DNA of 64,000 nucleotides from positions 1,240,961-1,304,960 of the forward strand of contig NW_019091358.1 of the NCBI RefSeq assembly GCF_001949145.1. The letters are read 5' to 3'. Positions 38,299-50,330 of the stretch are shown here, piece by piece. The notes beneath the pieces were generated by a model. That model was given only the letters and a program-made list of their open reading frames with translations. It was not told the DNA's origin and did not search any database. The stretch's first letter is position 1. Each line of letters opens with the position of its first letter. The translations under genes and the position numbers were made by a program. This DNA comes from Acanthaster planci (taxonomy: Eukaryota).

Positions 38299-39432
38299 TA
38301 TGGAATTCCATATCTGCCGTCGTGCGTTGCCCGTCGTCCGTCGCCCGTCGTGCGTCGCCCATCGCCCGTCGTCCGTCGCCCGTCGTGCGTCGCCCGTCTT
38401 CCGTCGCCCGTCTTCCGTCGTGCGTCGCCCGTCGTCCGTCGCCCGTCGTGCGTCGCCCGTTGTGCGTCGCCCGTCGTGCGTCGTCCGTCAAATGGGTTGC
38501 ATAGGACATGCAAAAGCCNNNNNNNNNNNNNNNNNNNNNNNNNNNNNNNNNNNNNNNNNNNNNNNNNNNNNNNNNNNNNNNNNNNNNNNNNNNNNNNNNN
38601 NNNNNNNNNNNNNNNNNNNNNNNNNNNNNNNNNNNNNNNNNNNNNNNNNNNNNNNNNNNNNNNNNNNNNNNNNNNNNNNNNNNNNNNNNNNNNNNNNNNN
38701 NNNNNNNNNNNNNNNNNNNNNNNNNNNNNNNNNNNNNNNNNNNNNNNNNNNNNNNNNNNNNNNNNNNNNNNNNNNNNNNNNNNNNNNNNNNNNNNNNNNN
38801 NNNNNNNNNNNNNNNNNNNNNNNNNNNNNNNNNNNNNNNNNNNNNNNNNNNNNNNNNNNNNNNNNNNNNNNNNNNNNNNNNNNNNNNNNNNNNNNNNNNN
38901 NNNNNNNNNNNNNNNNNNNNNNNNNNNNNNNNNNNNNNNNNNNNNNNNNNNNNNNNNNNNNNNNNNNNNNNNNNNNNNNNNNNNNNNNNNNNNNNNNNNN
39001 NNNNNNNNNNNNNNNNNNNNNNNNNNNNNNNNNNNNNNNNNNNNNNNNNNNNNNNNNNNNNNNNNNNNNNNNNNNNNNNNNNNNNNNNNNNNNNNNNNNN
39101 NNNNNNNNNNNNNNNNNNNNNNNNNNNNNNNNNNNNNNNNNNNNNNNNNNNNNNNNNNNNNNNNNNNNNNNNNNNNNNNNNNNNNNNNNNNNNNNNNNNN
39201 NNNNNNNNNNNNNNNNNNNNNNNNNNNNNNNNNNNNNNNNNNNNNNNNNNNNNNNNNNNNNNNNNNNNNNNNNNNNNNNACGACGGGCGACGGGTGACGC
39301 ACGACGGACGACGGAAAATGGCATGTTTGGAACTGGTAAATGGCAGAATTGGGACACAACAAAAAGCAAAATGCGACGGACGACGGGCGACGCACGACTG
39401 ACGACGGGCGACGGCAGATATGGAATTCCATA
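38299..39432. mobile_element. Non-autonomous DNA transposon with 6-bp TSD (IS3EU-like termini), interior mostly in gap 38519-39279
   Basis: TIR TATGGAATTCCATATCTGCCGTCG at both ends, followed by inverted arrays of 7-bp CGTCG(CC/TG/TC) units. Exact TSD AGACAG at 38293-38298 and 39433-39438. Confidence 0.8.
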
Positions 39433-40856
39433 AGACAGGCATATGAGAACATTACACTACTTTGTACATGATGTACACGGGCCATGGCAAGCGCAATGAA
39501 AGCAGTTAATTCATTTGAACTTGATTAATGAAAAGGCAGTTTAACTGAAACTGTTGAAAAGCTTGGCAGACATGCAGATTGTAGGATTAAGGGGTTTCGT
39601 TTTCTAATCTACCAAAAATGTATTTTATGAAAAATTTCATACAAACGATGACACAAACCCAATATGTCGCACGAACTTCCGGAGTAACCGCCAACGCACC
39701 TGTAACATAACGAAAAGTGTCGAATGAGATTGTTTCAACCTATTGACTTAGGACATTGATAGCTGCAGGCATAATACAATTACACGACATTCATTATTAG
39801 CGTTTGAAGTATCTCTGTTACTTATTTGTGCTCTGTTATCAGAAAAAACGAAAAGAAAAACGCAGGTTAAAATATGCTGACAACCGATCAAGGTTTTTAG
39901 TATCTACTCAGTTGGATGAATAGCAAGGTAAACACCTACCAGTAACGCTCATTAATTAGAGCTGTATGGAAACCAAGTTTGGAGCTATTGTTATTTTGCG
40001 AATTTGTGTACTTTATCTACAAGGGCGGATCCCCAGAACCCAATTTTAAACAGGCAAACGAATGGGTTTTTGGAGGAGCCCAAAAATATGGAAATCTATT
40101 TTTCATGTAACCTTTTTACGGCCTTTCTGAAGGGTATGGGGCTTTTCACACGCATTTTCGAAGAAAGGGATAAGAAATAAACCAACAATTGCACTTTTCC
40201 TTCAGTACTTTCTTAAAATATTGTTGACTCCTTTCGGGGGGGGGGGGAGTGGCTTCCGTTGCCCCCCCCCCCCGCCCATGCCTATGTAATTTGGACCCTT
40301 CACCGAACATACTCGCAAGAGTACACGGGATCCTGAAGGCCTCTGAGTTGCGTACAGTTGCCGCCGTTTTTGCAGAAGTCTGGTGGACAGCCTTCATTTG
40401 CCACTATACAAAAACATACAGAAAGGCGCTAATGATCATCACACAAACACTCAATAACGTTCGATGGAGGTAATATTCAGATCTATTTCTCTGTACAGTC
40501 ATCCCATTATGGTAGTTTTCGGTGTGGGACACGGTACAAGCAATATGAATGAATGTCCAATGAATCAAATTGAACTGAACTTGAAATGAAGAAAGAGAAT
40601 TTTGGTTTCCGGATTTGTTAATCGGAACTGTGAACAACTGAATTGCTGAAAAAGATTGCATATCAAACACGACATTTGTGACAAAAACTTAAATCCCCCT
40701 GAACATGTCTTTCATGGGAGTGGCGTATCTGCGTTGCTGCTGTGTATGGTCATAGCCATGTTGGAAAGCTGTCTCATCGATGGTTTGATATTGCTGACTG
40801 ATATCATATTGATTCATTAGCATCACATTTTTACATCACGTATATATCGAACGCAC

Positions 40857-41079
40857 CTGTTGCATACGTTGCTGAAGGGTCAATAGTGAGCAAACTATGT
40901 GCATTCCTTTCAGCCTCTCCAGCGCTATTCAGCACGTCGACCAAAGCCTCGGGCTCGACCATCGAATTCACTGGGTAGATGGCAGCACCGCTAACCAACA
41001 AACTCCCGTTGCGTATGGAAGAAACAACGAAATCCACAACAAAAGCCGTGGTCGGTGAGCTTCGGAGGACTTCAATCAC
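40857..41079 (-). CDS. HHIPL-mucin-SEA gene: SEA domain, second exon
   Basis: aag|GTG (phase 0), VIEVLRSS...VVDFVVSSIRNGSLLVSGAAIY...LLTIDPSATYAT, then G|gtgcgt (phase 1). Contains the SEA xRxGSxxV motif. Confidence 0.82.
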
Positions 41080-41393
41080 CTTCGAGAAATGACACATATA
41101 AAACGATAGAAGCGATTTCTTTACCAACTGGCGGATCCAGAGGTATCGACCGCTGCAATACCCCCTTACTTGGTTCGGACGCAAACCATATTTTCGCACA
41201 GTTTCATTTCATGCTCTCCCGAAAGTAAGTGAAACGTCCAATAATTTAGTCTCAAACATCTGCAGAAAGGCAAAACAGTATATTGTCAAGCACCTGCTCC
41301 CTCCAAAAGACCATTGCCTCTTAAACAAATTGTATGATGCAGAATATGTTTCTCCCTATTTGTAACTAAATACACTTTAACGGGTGAACCTAC

Positions 41394-41518
41394 CGCCACA
41401 GTCACTTTTGATGATATTTCACGGAATGCCTGGGAGGTGCTGTCGGCCAGAATATCGGTATATCTAGCTGTTGTTCCATTTAACGCCAGGATTCTGAGTC
41501 GAAGGATTATATCAAATG
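41394..41518 (-). CDS. HHIPL-mucin-SEA gene: SEA domain, first exon
   Basis: ccag|CA (phase 1), FDIILRLRILALNGTTARYTDILADSTSQAFREISSKVTVA|gtaggt (phase 0). Matches the SEA N-half pattern Y...L.D..S..F. Confidence 0.82.
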
Positions 41519-42903
41519 CTGGAAGAAGAAAAGGTATCACCTTTAACCCTCAAAGAGCCGGGTTATTTTGACTCATCTTACAGCCAGGGAGGGAGCAGAT
41601 TACGCCCCCTCCCCCAAGTTAACTCGCCTGATTTTCTTTTAAACTTGGCATGCATAAACATACACTCTTTATAATTACAAATGTGAAGTTTGAACTCAAT
41701 CAGACATAAATTATGGTTTGGTGTCATTTGAAGTTCATTGCTATATGTGTACCAGTACGGGTGCATTGAGCACCGTAGTGGAAAAGTATACATTTATGGC
41801 TGACCCGGCTCCGATTTTTGCAAAAAAGTGTCAAAATGACCGCAAACAGTTACTCTAAAACTCTTAATTAAGGCTCAACTTAAAAAAGGCACTGCAGCGA
41901 TATAGGAAAAAAATGTTGAGGGGCTCCCCCAGCTCTTTTAGGGATGAAGTAAATTGAACGTGCACTAAAATGCAACCTCGATTCAACAGGCTGCGTGCGC
42001 GCAAAGCATGGTAGGATGGCTCGACCAGATCGTTCCCATGGGAACGAGGTTGACTAGAATGGGCTGTATCCACTGATCTATATTACGCTGACAGTGGCTG
42101 ATCATTGATCTCCATTAAATAGACTGGATAGGACATCGCGCATTGTTTGTGCACAAAATACGCGGCCGAACAATGGCGGCGCTTCAGGAGGGTAATGTGA
42201 TGCTGTATCCTGTGCCTTTCTGGCCAACATAACCTTTTTCTCATGGGATGTTGGCTAAGCCCTCGGCCCCCCTCCCGAAAACAAGCCAAAAATAAACAAA
42301 AAACGCAAGAAAATTACTTCCAGATCGATGGGCTGTATTCACAAGTCGGCCATATTGAATTGAAAGTGGGGTTTAATTTTTGCACCCGGAAATACGAATG
42401 AAAGCGCTGAAATAAAACTTCATTACAAGTTCAGGTCATTTATACTGATGAAGAATTTTAGTTTGTGATTAATTAGATTAAATGTTTTAAGCCACACTTG
42501 AAAAAAAATGAAAACGAAAGGAAGGCATTAAACCCCAAATAGTCTGACGCCAACCCTCATTATATTTCATTAAATAAGAACATTCCAGGAATACCATCGA
42601 TAATAGCTTCTCTGTGAAGACGGCCTATTACCAAATTTTTCAAGAGGATGCATAAGATCTGGGTAGCGAAGAATGCATTATCCTTCAACAAACACGTTTC
42701 ACTTTGATTTCTCACAATACATCTCTCATAATGTTGCCAGGAAATCTTTAAAATTCGTACTTGGCTTTCGCTTTTTGCGGTCGTTAGGCTATTTGGGGGT
42801 ATCGATGATAAATAGAACGAGAGCTTCTATGTATGTTTGCAACAGAACATAGGGCTTTTTCGCTTTTCAATGAATATGTCATCGTCATGATTGCATATCT
42901 GCA

Positions 42904-43585
42904 AAGTTCCATCCCGCTGGGACACTTCAAAGATGTAGGGCTTTAAAGGATGCACCTTTCATGTCACGTGACTTATCAATTGATGACGTCATTATCCCAT
43001 GAGGTCAATTTTCGCCAATCACACACTCCCTTCGAAATATCTCCAAAGTTTCAACCCGCTTGCACATGCACTTCCAGAGAAAGAAAGCTTTAAATGATGC
43101 ATCTTTAATATCACATGACGTTTCAACTGATGACGTCATCATTTCAGGACGTCAATCGTTTCAGGACGTCTATCATACATTCCCAACTTTCAACCCGCTG
43201 TGACCTTTATTCTAGGGGATACAGGGCTTGAAAGGGTGCACCTTTAATGTCACGTGACTTGTCAACTAACCACGTCATCATCCAATGAGGTCAATTTTTG
43301 TCTATCACACATCCCCTTCCAGATATCTGCTAAGTTTCAACCCACTGGGACATATACTTTTGGAGATACAGGGCTTTAAATGATGGATCTTCAATGTCAC
43401 GCGACTTATCAATCGATAAAGTCATCATTCCATGAGGTCAATTTTCCTCTATCACACACCTCCTTCCAGACATCTGCTAAGTTTCAACCCACTGGGACAT
43501 GTACCTTTGGAGATATAGGGCTTTAAATGATAGATCTTGAATGTCACATGACTTGTCTGCTGATGGCATTGTCATCACGTGAGGT
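42904..43585. repeat. Tandem array of ~140-147-bp units (about 5 copies)
   Basis: AAGTTTCAACCC.CTG-like unit starts at 42904, 43046, 43185, 43332 and 43479. Units carry TCAC(G/A)TGAC and TGACGTCA-like motifs. Confidence 0.85.
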
Positions 43586-44502
43586 TTTTGTCGTCGGACG
43601 GCGCTTCATGTGTGTGGAGAAGTACACCAGTTATGCACTTAATGCAGCGGACTCCAATGTTTTAGCTGTCATCTCGTGGACAATTCACGCTTATATTTGT
43701 TACGGTTGATTTCTTCGAAATTGAATTAAAAAATCTAATTGTGATGCCAAAGTGATGTCATGTGTCTACATTCATCTTTGCTGATGGTCGTTGCTTGTAC
43801 CAAGTTTCATTTTCTCAAGCGGTCAAAATCTACGCCATTCTGGCTGTTGCAAAACGTGTACAAACCTATGGGGAAAACTAATACTCGAAATTCAATTAAA
43901 AAAAATCAGACGATGACGTCATCATGACGTCACTCTTCAGCATACATCTATGCAATAATGATTATGCCTATGCCAGCTAAGAATGCTGTGCGACAAATAT
44001 TAATGGCAAACGTGCTGCACAGAAAAAACGTGTGCAAAGTCTACGGGCTTTTGGCCCAAAAGAAGACCCCCCCCAAAAAATCCTGAGGATCGGAAAGGCT
44101 TTTTCGCAAAATTGCGAAAAAGCCAAATATACTCCGATCTCCAAATGACCCCATCAATCGTGAATGGCTTGCTAGTTTGCTGTTGATGAGTGCTTTGTTG
44201 CCCCCAGAAAAAAATCCTAGCGTCGTGCATGGATATCCCATCTGCAATCTCAGAGGATGCATGACTGTTTTTGTCGGGGAGCTCAAGCCGGCCCACGCGT
44301 TGGGAATTCGGAAGCGTTATAGTACTCCGCTCGACTCATGTCGCCAAGTGCCCAGTATGGTTCTTATTATTTACATTCAAGAGCCTTTAGATACCAATGA
44401 TACCAATTTAATGTCATGACACTTCAAGTACCACAATAGATTTCGATATACACTGTACTTTCTGCTCTGAGAGTTTAATTTTCAAAGAATGGTATGCTTT
44501 AC

Positions 44503-46033
44503 TTTTCGTCAAAATTTCTGTCGCAGAGTCGGCAACAGTTGGTTGGTAAATTGATGGTGTTTCGGCAGACGATCGATCAGTCGTCATTGCGGAATCAGTT
44601 GGCTGTTGTTTGATGGATGGTCGACCTGTCATTATAAATGGTACATCAGTGGTAGGCAGTGTCTTGGTAGATGGTCGACTAGTTGCTGATGCACTGTCAG
44701 TTGTTGAAAGTTTTGTGTTGAAAGATCGGTCAGTTGATGATGATGCATCAGTTGTAGACAGCCGGGATGCAGCTGGCCGACCTGTTGTTAATGCAAAGTC
44801 AGTTGTAGGAAGTTCCGTGACGGATGATCGAGCAGTCACTAACGCAGAATCAGTTGTTAGCAGCTTTGTGGTCGACGATCCACCAGCCGTTAATGATGCC
44901 TCAGTCGCGGTTATTTCTGTGGTGGATGATAGACCAGTCGGTAATGTAGAATCACTCNNNNNNNNNNNNNNNNNNNNNNNNNNNNNNNNNNNNNNNNNNN
45001 NNNNNNNNNNNNNNNNNNNNNNNNNNNNNNNNNNNNNNNNNNNNNNNNNNNNNNNNNNNNNNNNNNNNNNNNNNNNNNNNNNNNNNNNNNNNNNNNNNNN
45101 NNNNNNNNNNNNNNNNNNNNNNNNNNNNNNNNNNNNNNNNNNNNNNNNNNNNNNNNNNNNNNNNNNNNNNNNNNNNNNNNNNNNNNNNNNNNNNNNNNNN
45201 NNNNNNNNNNNNNNNNNNNNNNNNNNNNNNNNNNNNNNNNNNNNNNNNNNNNNNNNNNNNNNNNNNNNNNNNNNNNNNNNNNNNNNNNNNNNNNNNNNNN
45301 NNNNNNNNNNNNNNNNNNNNNNNNNNNNNNNNNNNNNNNNNNNNNNNNNNNNNNNNNNNNNNNNNNNNNNNNNNNNNNNNNNNNNNNNNNNNNNNNNNNN
45401 NNNNNNNNNNNNNNNNNNNNNNNNNNNNNNNNNNNNNNNNNNNNNNNNNNNNNNNNNNNNNNNNNNNNNNNNNNNNNNNNNNNNNNNNNNNNNNNNNNNN
45501 NNNNNNNNNNNNNNNNNNNNNNNNNNNNNNNNNNNNNNNNNNNNNNNNNNNNNNNNNNNNNNNNNNNNNNNNNNNNNNNNNNNNNNNNNNNNNNNNAGTC
45601 GGTAATTCAGAATTACTTGTTTGCAGCTCTGTGGTCGATGATCGACCAGTCGTTAATGATGCCTTAGTCATGGTTATTTCTGTGATGGATGATAGACCAG
45701 TCTGTAACGCAGGCTCAGTTGTGGGCGGATTTGTGGTGGAGGATCGACCCGTCGTTAATGATGCATTAGTTGCAGGCAGTGCGGTGGTGGAGGGTCGACT
45801 AGTCACTAATGTATGATCGGTAGTGATGGACGATCGATCAGTTGTTAATGATGCGTCCCATGGAACGGTCGTGATCTGTGATGCATCGGTTGTAAGCAGC
45901 TCTGTGGTGGATGGTCGACCAGTTGTCGATGCAGGATCAGTTGGTTCCAGTTCTGTGGTGAATAACCCATTAGTAGCTGACGATGCATTATTTGATTCCA
46001 CAGTGTACAGGTAGCCACCTGTCGTTGTTGTTT
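44503..46033 (-). CDS. HHIPL-mucin-SEA gene: mucin-like Thr/Ser/Pro-rich stalk exon (interrupted by gap 44958-45596)
   Basis: caccag|AA (phase 1). Open on both sides of the gap, with ~17-aa repeats of the type TTGRSSTTELPTTDASL. Donor AAA A|gtaaag (phase 1). The frame offset across the gap is attributed to the estimated gap length. Confidence 0.8.
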
Positions 46034-46091
46034 CTGGTGAAATGACACAAGCAAATTTAAACAAAACTATATCTTTAAATGTACGTTATAC

Positions 46092-49000
46092 CATATAGAC
46101 CTGGAGGAGAAAAAACAGCGGACTGCCAACTCCAGCGGGCGCACGGCGCATTGCGTGTAAACTGTTCCGTCAGCCGGAAGCTCTGGAGTTGCCGGCACAG
46201 GGAACTTCTGGTTGACCTTTGAAGCGTTATTCACGTGCGATGAACGAAGCGACCGGCGCTGCGCTGGTAATTTTGCCTTTTTCGTGGAAAAAATCGCAAA
46301 ATAGACGAGATAGACAACATACACTTATGTTATGACATTGTGATAATTATGAGTATACTGACGTGAGAATTATTGAGCCTTTTAGACAGGGAAAGCTATA
46401 TTTTTTCTGATGCACCAATCATGACAATCGACAAAGATGATCGAGTACTGCTGTTAGCTCTCACGACAGCCAAGTCTGGTTGGGTTAGCCCAGCAAAACA
46501 TTTTTTTCTGACTTGTAAAGCAATTTTCAGAGTTATACTCATCTGGTGGGGTTTTCGAATTTTTCAAGGGGAAAAATAGTACATGTTCCCCCGTTCAGAT
46601 TCAAGTCTTCTAACAATAGTTTCAATGCTAGGCCTATTTGCAAATTTGTGTTTTTCTACAAGATTTAAACTTACATTTCAAAGGGGCATCGTGTTACATT
46701 AGAAAAATGTGTGGGAAACATGGAGGCCCATAGCATAATTTCCCCAATGACTTCGTACATGAACTGTCATACTTCACAAACTGTATGTAATATGATCTTT
46801 ATAAGCAGTCGGAATTGTTTGGGGGAAAAAAGTGACAAGATGTGGAATAGAGCAGAGTTCTGTAGAATTCTGCAGGTATTCATGTAAAAAATTATGTGGC
46901 TCATTTGAAATGTGCAATAGTCATCATGATACTTGACTTTTGGATTCTGGCATCAATATCAGTAATTAAAGAACGCCACCTAAAATCTTCAATCTTTAAA
47001 ATCAATATTTCAATTTTCAAGGAGGTAAGATGTAATGAATGAGGAAATTGCAATATGAAGTAAGCTTGTCATTTCTTTCATGCAACATAACTTTATTAAC
47101 ACTAGACAGTGCTTCCCTGAGAAAAAACTCCACAGTTTGCTCGGCTGGGATCAAGCACACAACATCCTGCTTACTTTAAAATTTAATTTTTGCTGTTGCC
47201 ACATGAACCCCACCCAAACTATACCGCAATAGCCCAGTAGGGATCGTGTAAAGTCAGACACTGAAGAAGCAAGCGAGGCACACTTCTGGGCTGGTCAATT
47301 CAAATCATTTTTGTACCGGGAATTGCAATAAATACGAAAAATTGAATTGACTTGTGAATAAGCTCAAAAATACTTCACATCGCTGTAATTATACAATTCA
47401 TCTGAGGTGCCACTAACTCAGTGTTTAACAGTGTTACAAGTGTCATTCCATGAAACTGAGACAGGGATAAAGTGTCCATGTTATAAGTGATTTTTTTTTC
47501 TAATCCTGTATATTTGCAACCAGGGATTTTTATGCAACAATAGCACTAAGAAATACCTCTCATATACATGTACATTTGTCAACAACAAATTTAAAATTCA
47601 GTATTTGTAAACAAAACTGGAGCTATTTGAAGCTACCATATACATGTAGTTCTCCCCACTATTTATGGAATCCTCCAAAGTTAGATTTCATATGATTGTG
47701 TTAAGTGCACCTGCCAGTCTGCATGAGTGCATTGTGGTTGAAGCATGTGGCCTGTTAAAGGTTTATGCTCCTTATGGGTGTTGCAAGTTGCCGAAAGATC
47801 AATCAGTGCACTCCTTGCAGTCTGCTGTCAGTAGCTGTTGTGTCCTCAACATTGTGGTGTCCCTTCGCACATTGTTCAAGTCCATGTGAGCTACCAATTT
47901 AGAGGATGATGTAAGTGATGCTGGCACAACCTAAAGGAGTGAGACTCAACAAAGTACAGTGCATGAGTGAATAAAAGCTCGCTTGAATGGGGTTCAAACC
48001 CCACTTTCTTTTCACATACTAGAACGTATTCCACTTCGTTTTTTCATTTCAAATGCCAGTTTTGAAGGTGTGGCAACATTCTGAACTGTTACAATCCAAG
48101 GGTCACCAAAAGGCCATACTCCAATAAGTGTGATGGAACGTACATAATTAAGGTAATTCCAAAGATGTTAATTAACATAGTAACATTTTATTCATAATTT
48201 ACAGAAAAATATTAAACTTTGCAAAAATGGTTCTATAAATACCCTAAAAAAATGAATAAAAATAAAAGGGTTCAGATCTTTGGTTAGATAGGCCCAATTT
48301 GATGATATGAACCTAAGATATGGCATCGGGCCAAGAATTAGTTTTGAACAAGAGTTAAAATCTGACTTTATTGCTTTTGAATAGTTATAGCATGCATAAA
48401 ATTCTGGTTACTACTCAACAAACGTTTACAGAGGGGTTAACATGAGGGGTTTACATGTGAACACCAACAGAAAAGCATGCATTGCAGTGCAATGGATCCA
48501 TACATGGAGCCAGACAGGAGAAAATGCTTGAAAATGAGAACACGGAAAAAAAGGAAAATTGTTAAAAATTGCAATTAGAGAAATCAAATTTCAAATATTT
48601 AACACAGGAAAACTTAAGTCAACGACCAACTCAAACAACCATCTCGATGCACTTACCAGGACCAGGATGAATAACTTATGATGTGGGCAGAAATTCAGCG
48701 GGTAGGCTACGGTGGCACCTGCACATACCACAAAATGAAATATAAGGAGAATTACTGTGAAGTGAAAAAGAATACTGCACCAGACCACAAGCAAACCAGG
48801 TCATTTTTTCTTATTAATTTGTTAAATTTTTTGTAGTTTTTATTAATTAGGCCTATGTTTATATTATCACTAAACTACTTGCCACTAAAATGACTTTTAC
48901 ATGATAAGCTGACGATGTTTCAACTAGGCTGAAGAAGAAATAACACTTTGGTCTTGAAACCGTAATGTACTTCTCAATTTTATGACCTCACCTATTATAA

Positions 49001-49379
49001 TCAACGCTATCTTCAGATCTTGACAATTCCTAACTAGGCCTACATGTATTGTTTTGCCTCCATGCATGTCGTTCGCGTTCTGTTCCGCCTCCTCTTTTCG
49101 CTTTTTGGGGGCTGGATGGCCTCTTCGGTATACCATAGAAACTCAACCCCTATTTGTGTCTTTAGGCACTGCTTCCAACAACTGCACAATTATTACCTGG
49201 AAATTTATGTCATTTTGAGGAGGAAAGATCAACACCTTGTGCACGCAGCACACTTTAAAAAAAAACGGACGACAGCAAAACGAAAGTTGTCGGTGCCTGT
49301 CGGCACTTCCGGTTGACGCGAGATCGACGTGCGCCCGCTGGAGTTGGCAGTCCATTGTTTTTTCTCCTCCAGGTCTATG
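46092..49379. mobile_element. ~3.3-kb TIR-bounded non-autonomous DNA element (CATAG-type ends) inside an intron
   Basis: ~50-bp inverted repeats (CA)TAGACCTGGAGGAGAAAAAACA..GGACTGCCAACTCCAGCGGGCGCAC at 46092-46144 and 49329-49379. TSD not resolved. No transposase recognised. Confidence 0.6.
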
Positions 49380-49893
49380 GTAAATTTTACCTGTACATGG
49401 CAATGATGGGCTGAGGTGAAAGCAGATGCTGAATAGAAAAATATTAAATGAACATACAGAGATGCAGAGATCGATTTCAATAAGTGCACCAACCAGTAAG
49501 GTTTTCTGTAGAAGAGCAGGAAACTAAACGAGTTCCATATACAGACGCCACTTGACACCCTGTGCACAAACCAGCAAGAGACTAGTCTGAAAAATTCCAA
49601 GTGTTTTCTCGGTAAACAACTTGGTTTTTTCCCTCCTAAATTGAACTTTTCTGCACATGTTTTTGCTTTCTGATGGCTTTTAGGTCACTGTACGGAAGAA
49701 CTACTGGCGTCCGTATCTGGAACTCTTCCCAAAGAGCAGCATAATCAATATATCCCTCCGTTAAAAAGAATTTCAAATCAAAAATGAAACCAAACTTGTG
49801 CATAATTTGTTTCAGTACTGAGTGAAATTGTATTCAACCGAGCAGCCCTTCCACCTCCCTCTCTCTCTCCACATCAATAGCGGGATTATTTAC

Positions 49894-49961
49894 CTGCTGC
49901 GGTCGTTAAAAAGTCCACAGGATTGGAAGTCTCTCGGTTACATTCAGATGGATTGCCTCTC
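49894..49961 (-). CDS. HHIPL-mucin-SEA gene: linker exon joining propeller to stalk
   Basis: ttttctcttag|G (phase 2), (R)RGNPSECNRETSNPVDFLTTAA, then G|gtaaat (phase 1). Continues the HHIPL DPxRRxxPxxC motif and matches the phase of the mucin exon. Confidence 0.82.
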
Positions 49962-50248
49962 CTAAGAGAAAATGGTGATTGTTTAATCAACTACAATAAT
50001 TATTTGGTATCGTGTAGTTTCATTATGAGAGCATATTTCTGCACGGACAGCTATAGCTCCGAAACTGCAAGGGAAGGTATATTCAGAGAAAGTAAAATTA
50101 AAAGGAAAAGAAAAGAAAATGGAAACAGGGAAAGAATTGGACAAATTGTCTGTTTTCAGGAAATCATCTCAGAGCAAATGCACCCAGCTGTATCTCTGAA
50201 ACTCTAATTTAATGGGTTAAGCAAAGCAGAGTGATGATGCTTTAATAC

Positions 50249-50330
50249 CTTCCGGGATCCACTATTTTAAGGATTTTACCCCCGTCGGTAAACACCCCCG
50301 AGTCGATCGTTGACAGCAGGTAAACCTCAC
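50249..50330 (-). CDS. HHIPL: HHIP-like gene: last beta-propeller exon
   Basis: ggcag|GT (phase 1), (G)EVYLLSTIDSGVFTDGGKILKIVDPG, then AG|gtatta (phase 2). Matches the HHIPL GELY.LST...G..YKI.DP pattern. Confidence 0.85.

Noticed and set aside
38216..39485. Long Arg-rich ORFs
   Set aside because: Artefacts of 7-bp repeats plus the N-gap.
44610..46014. Val/Asp-rich plus-strand ORFs
   Set aside because: Antisense shadow of the Thr/Ser mucin exon.
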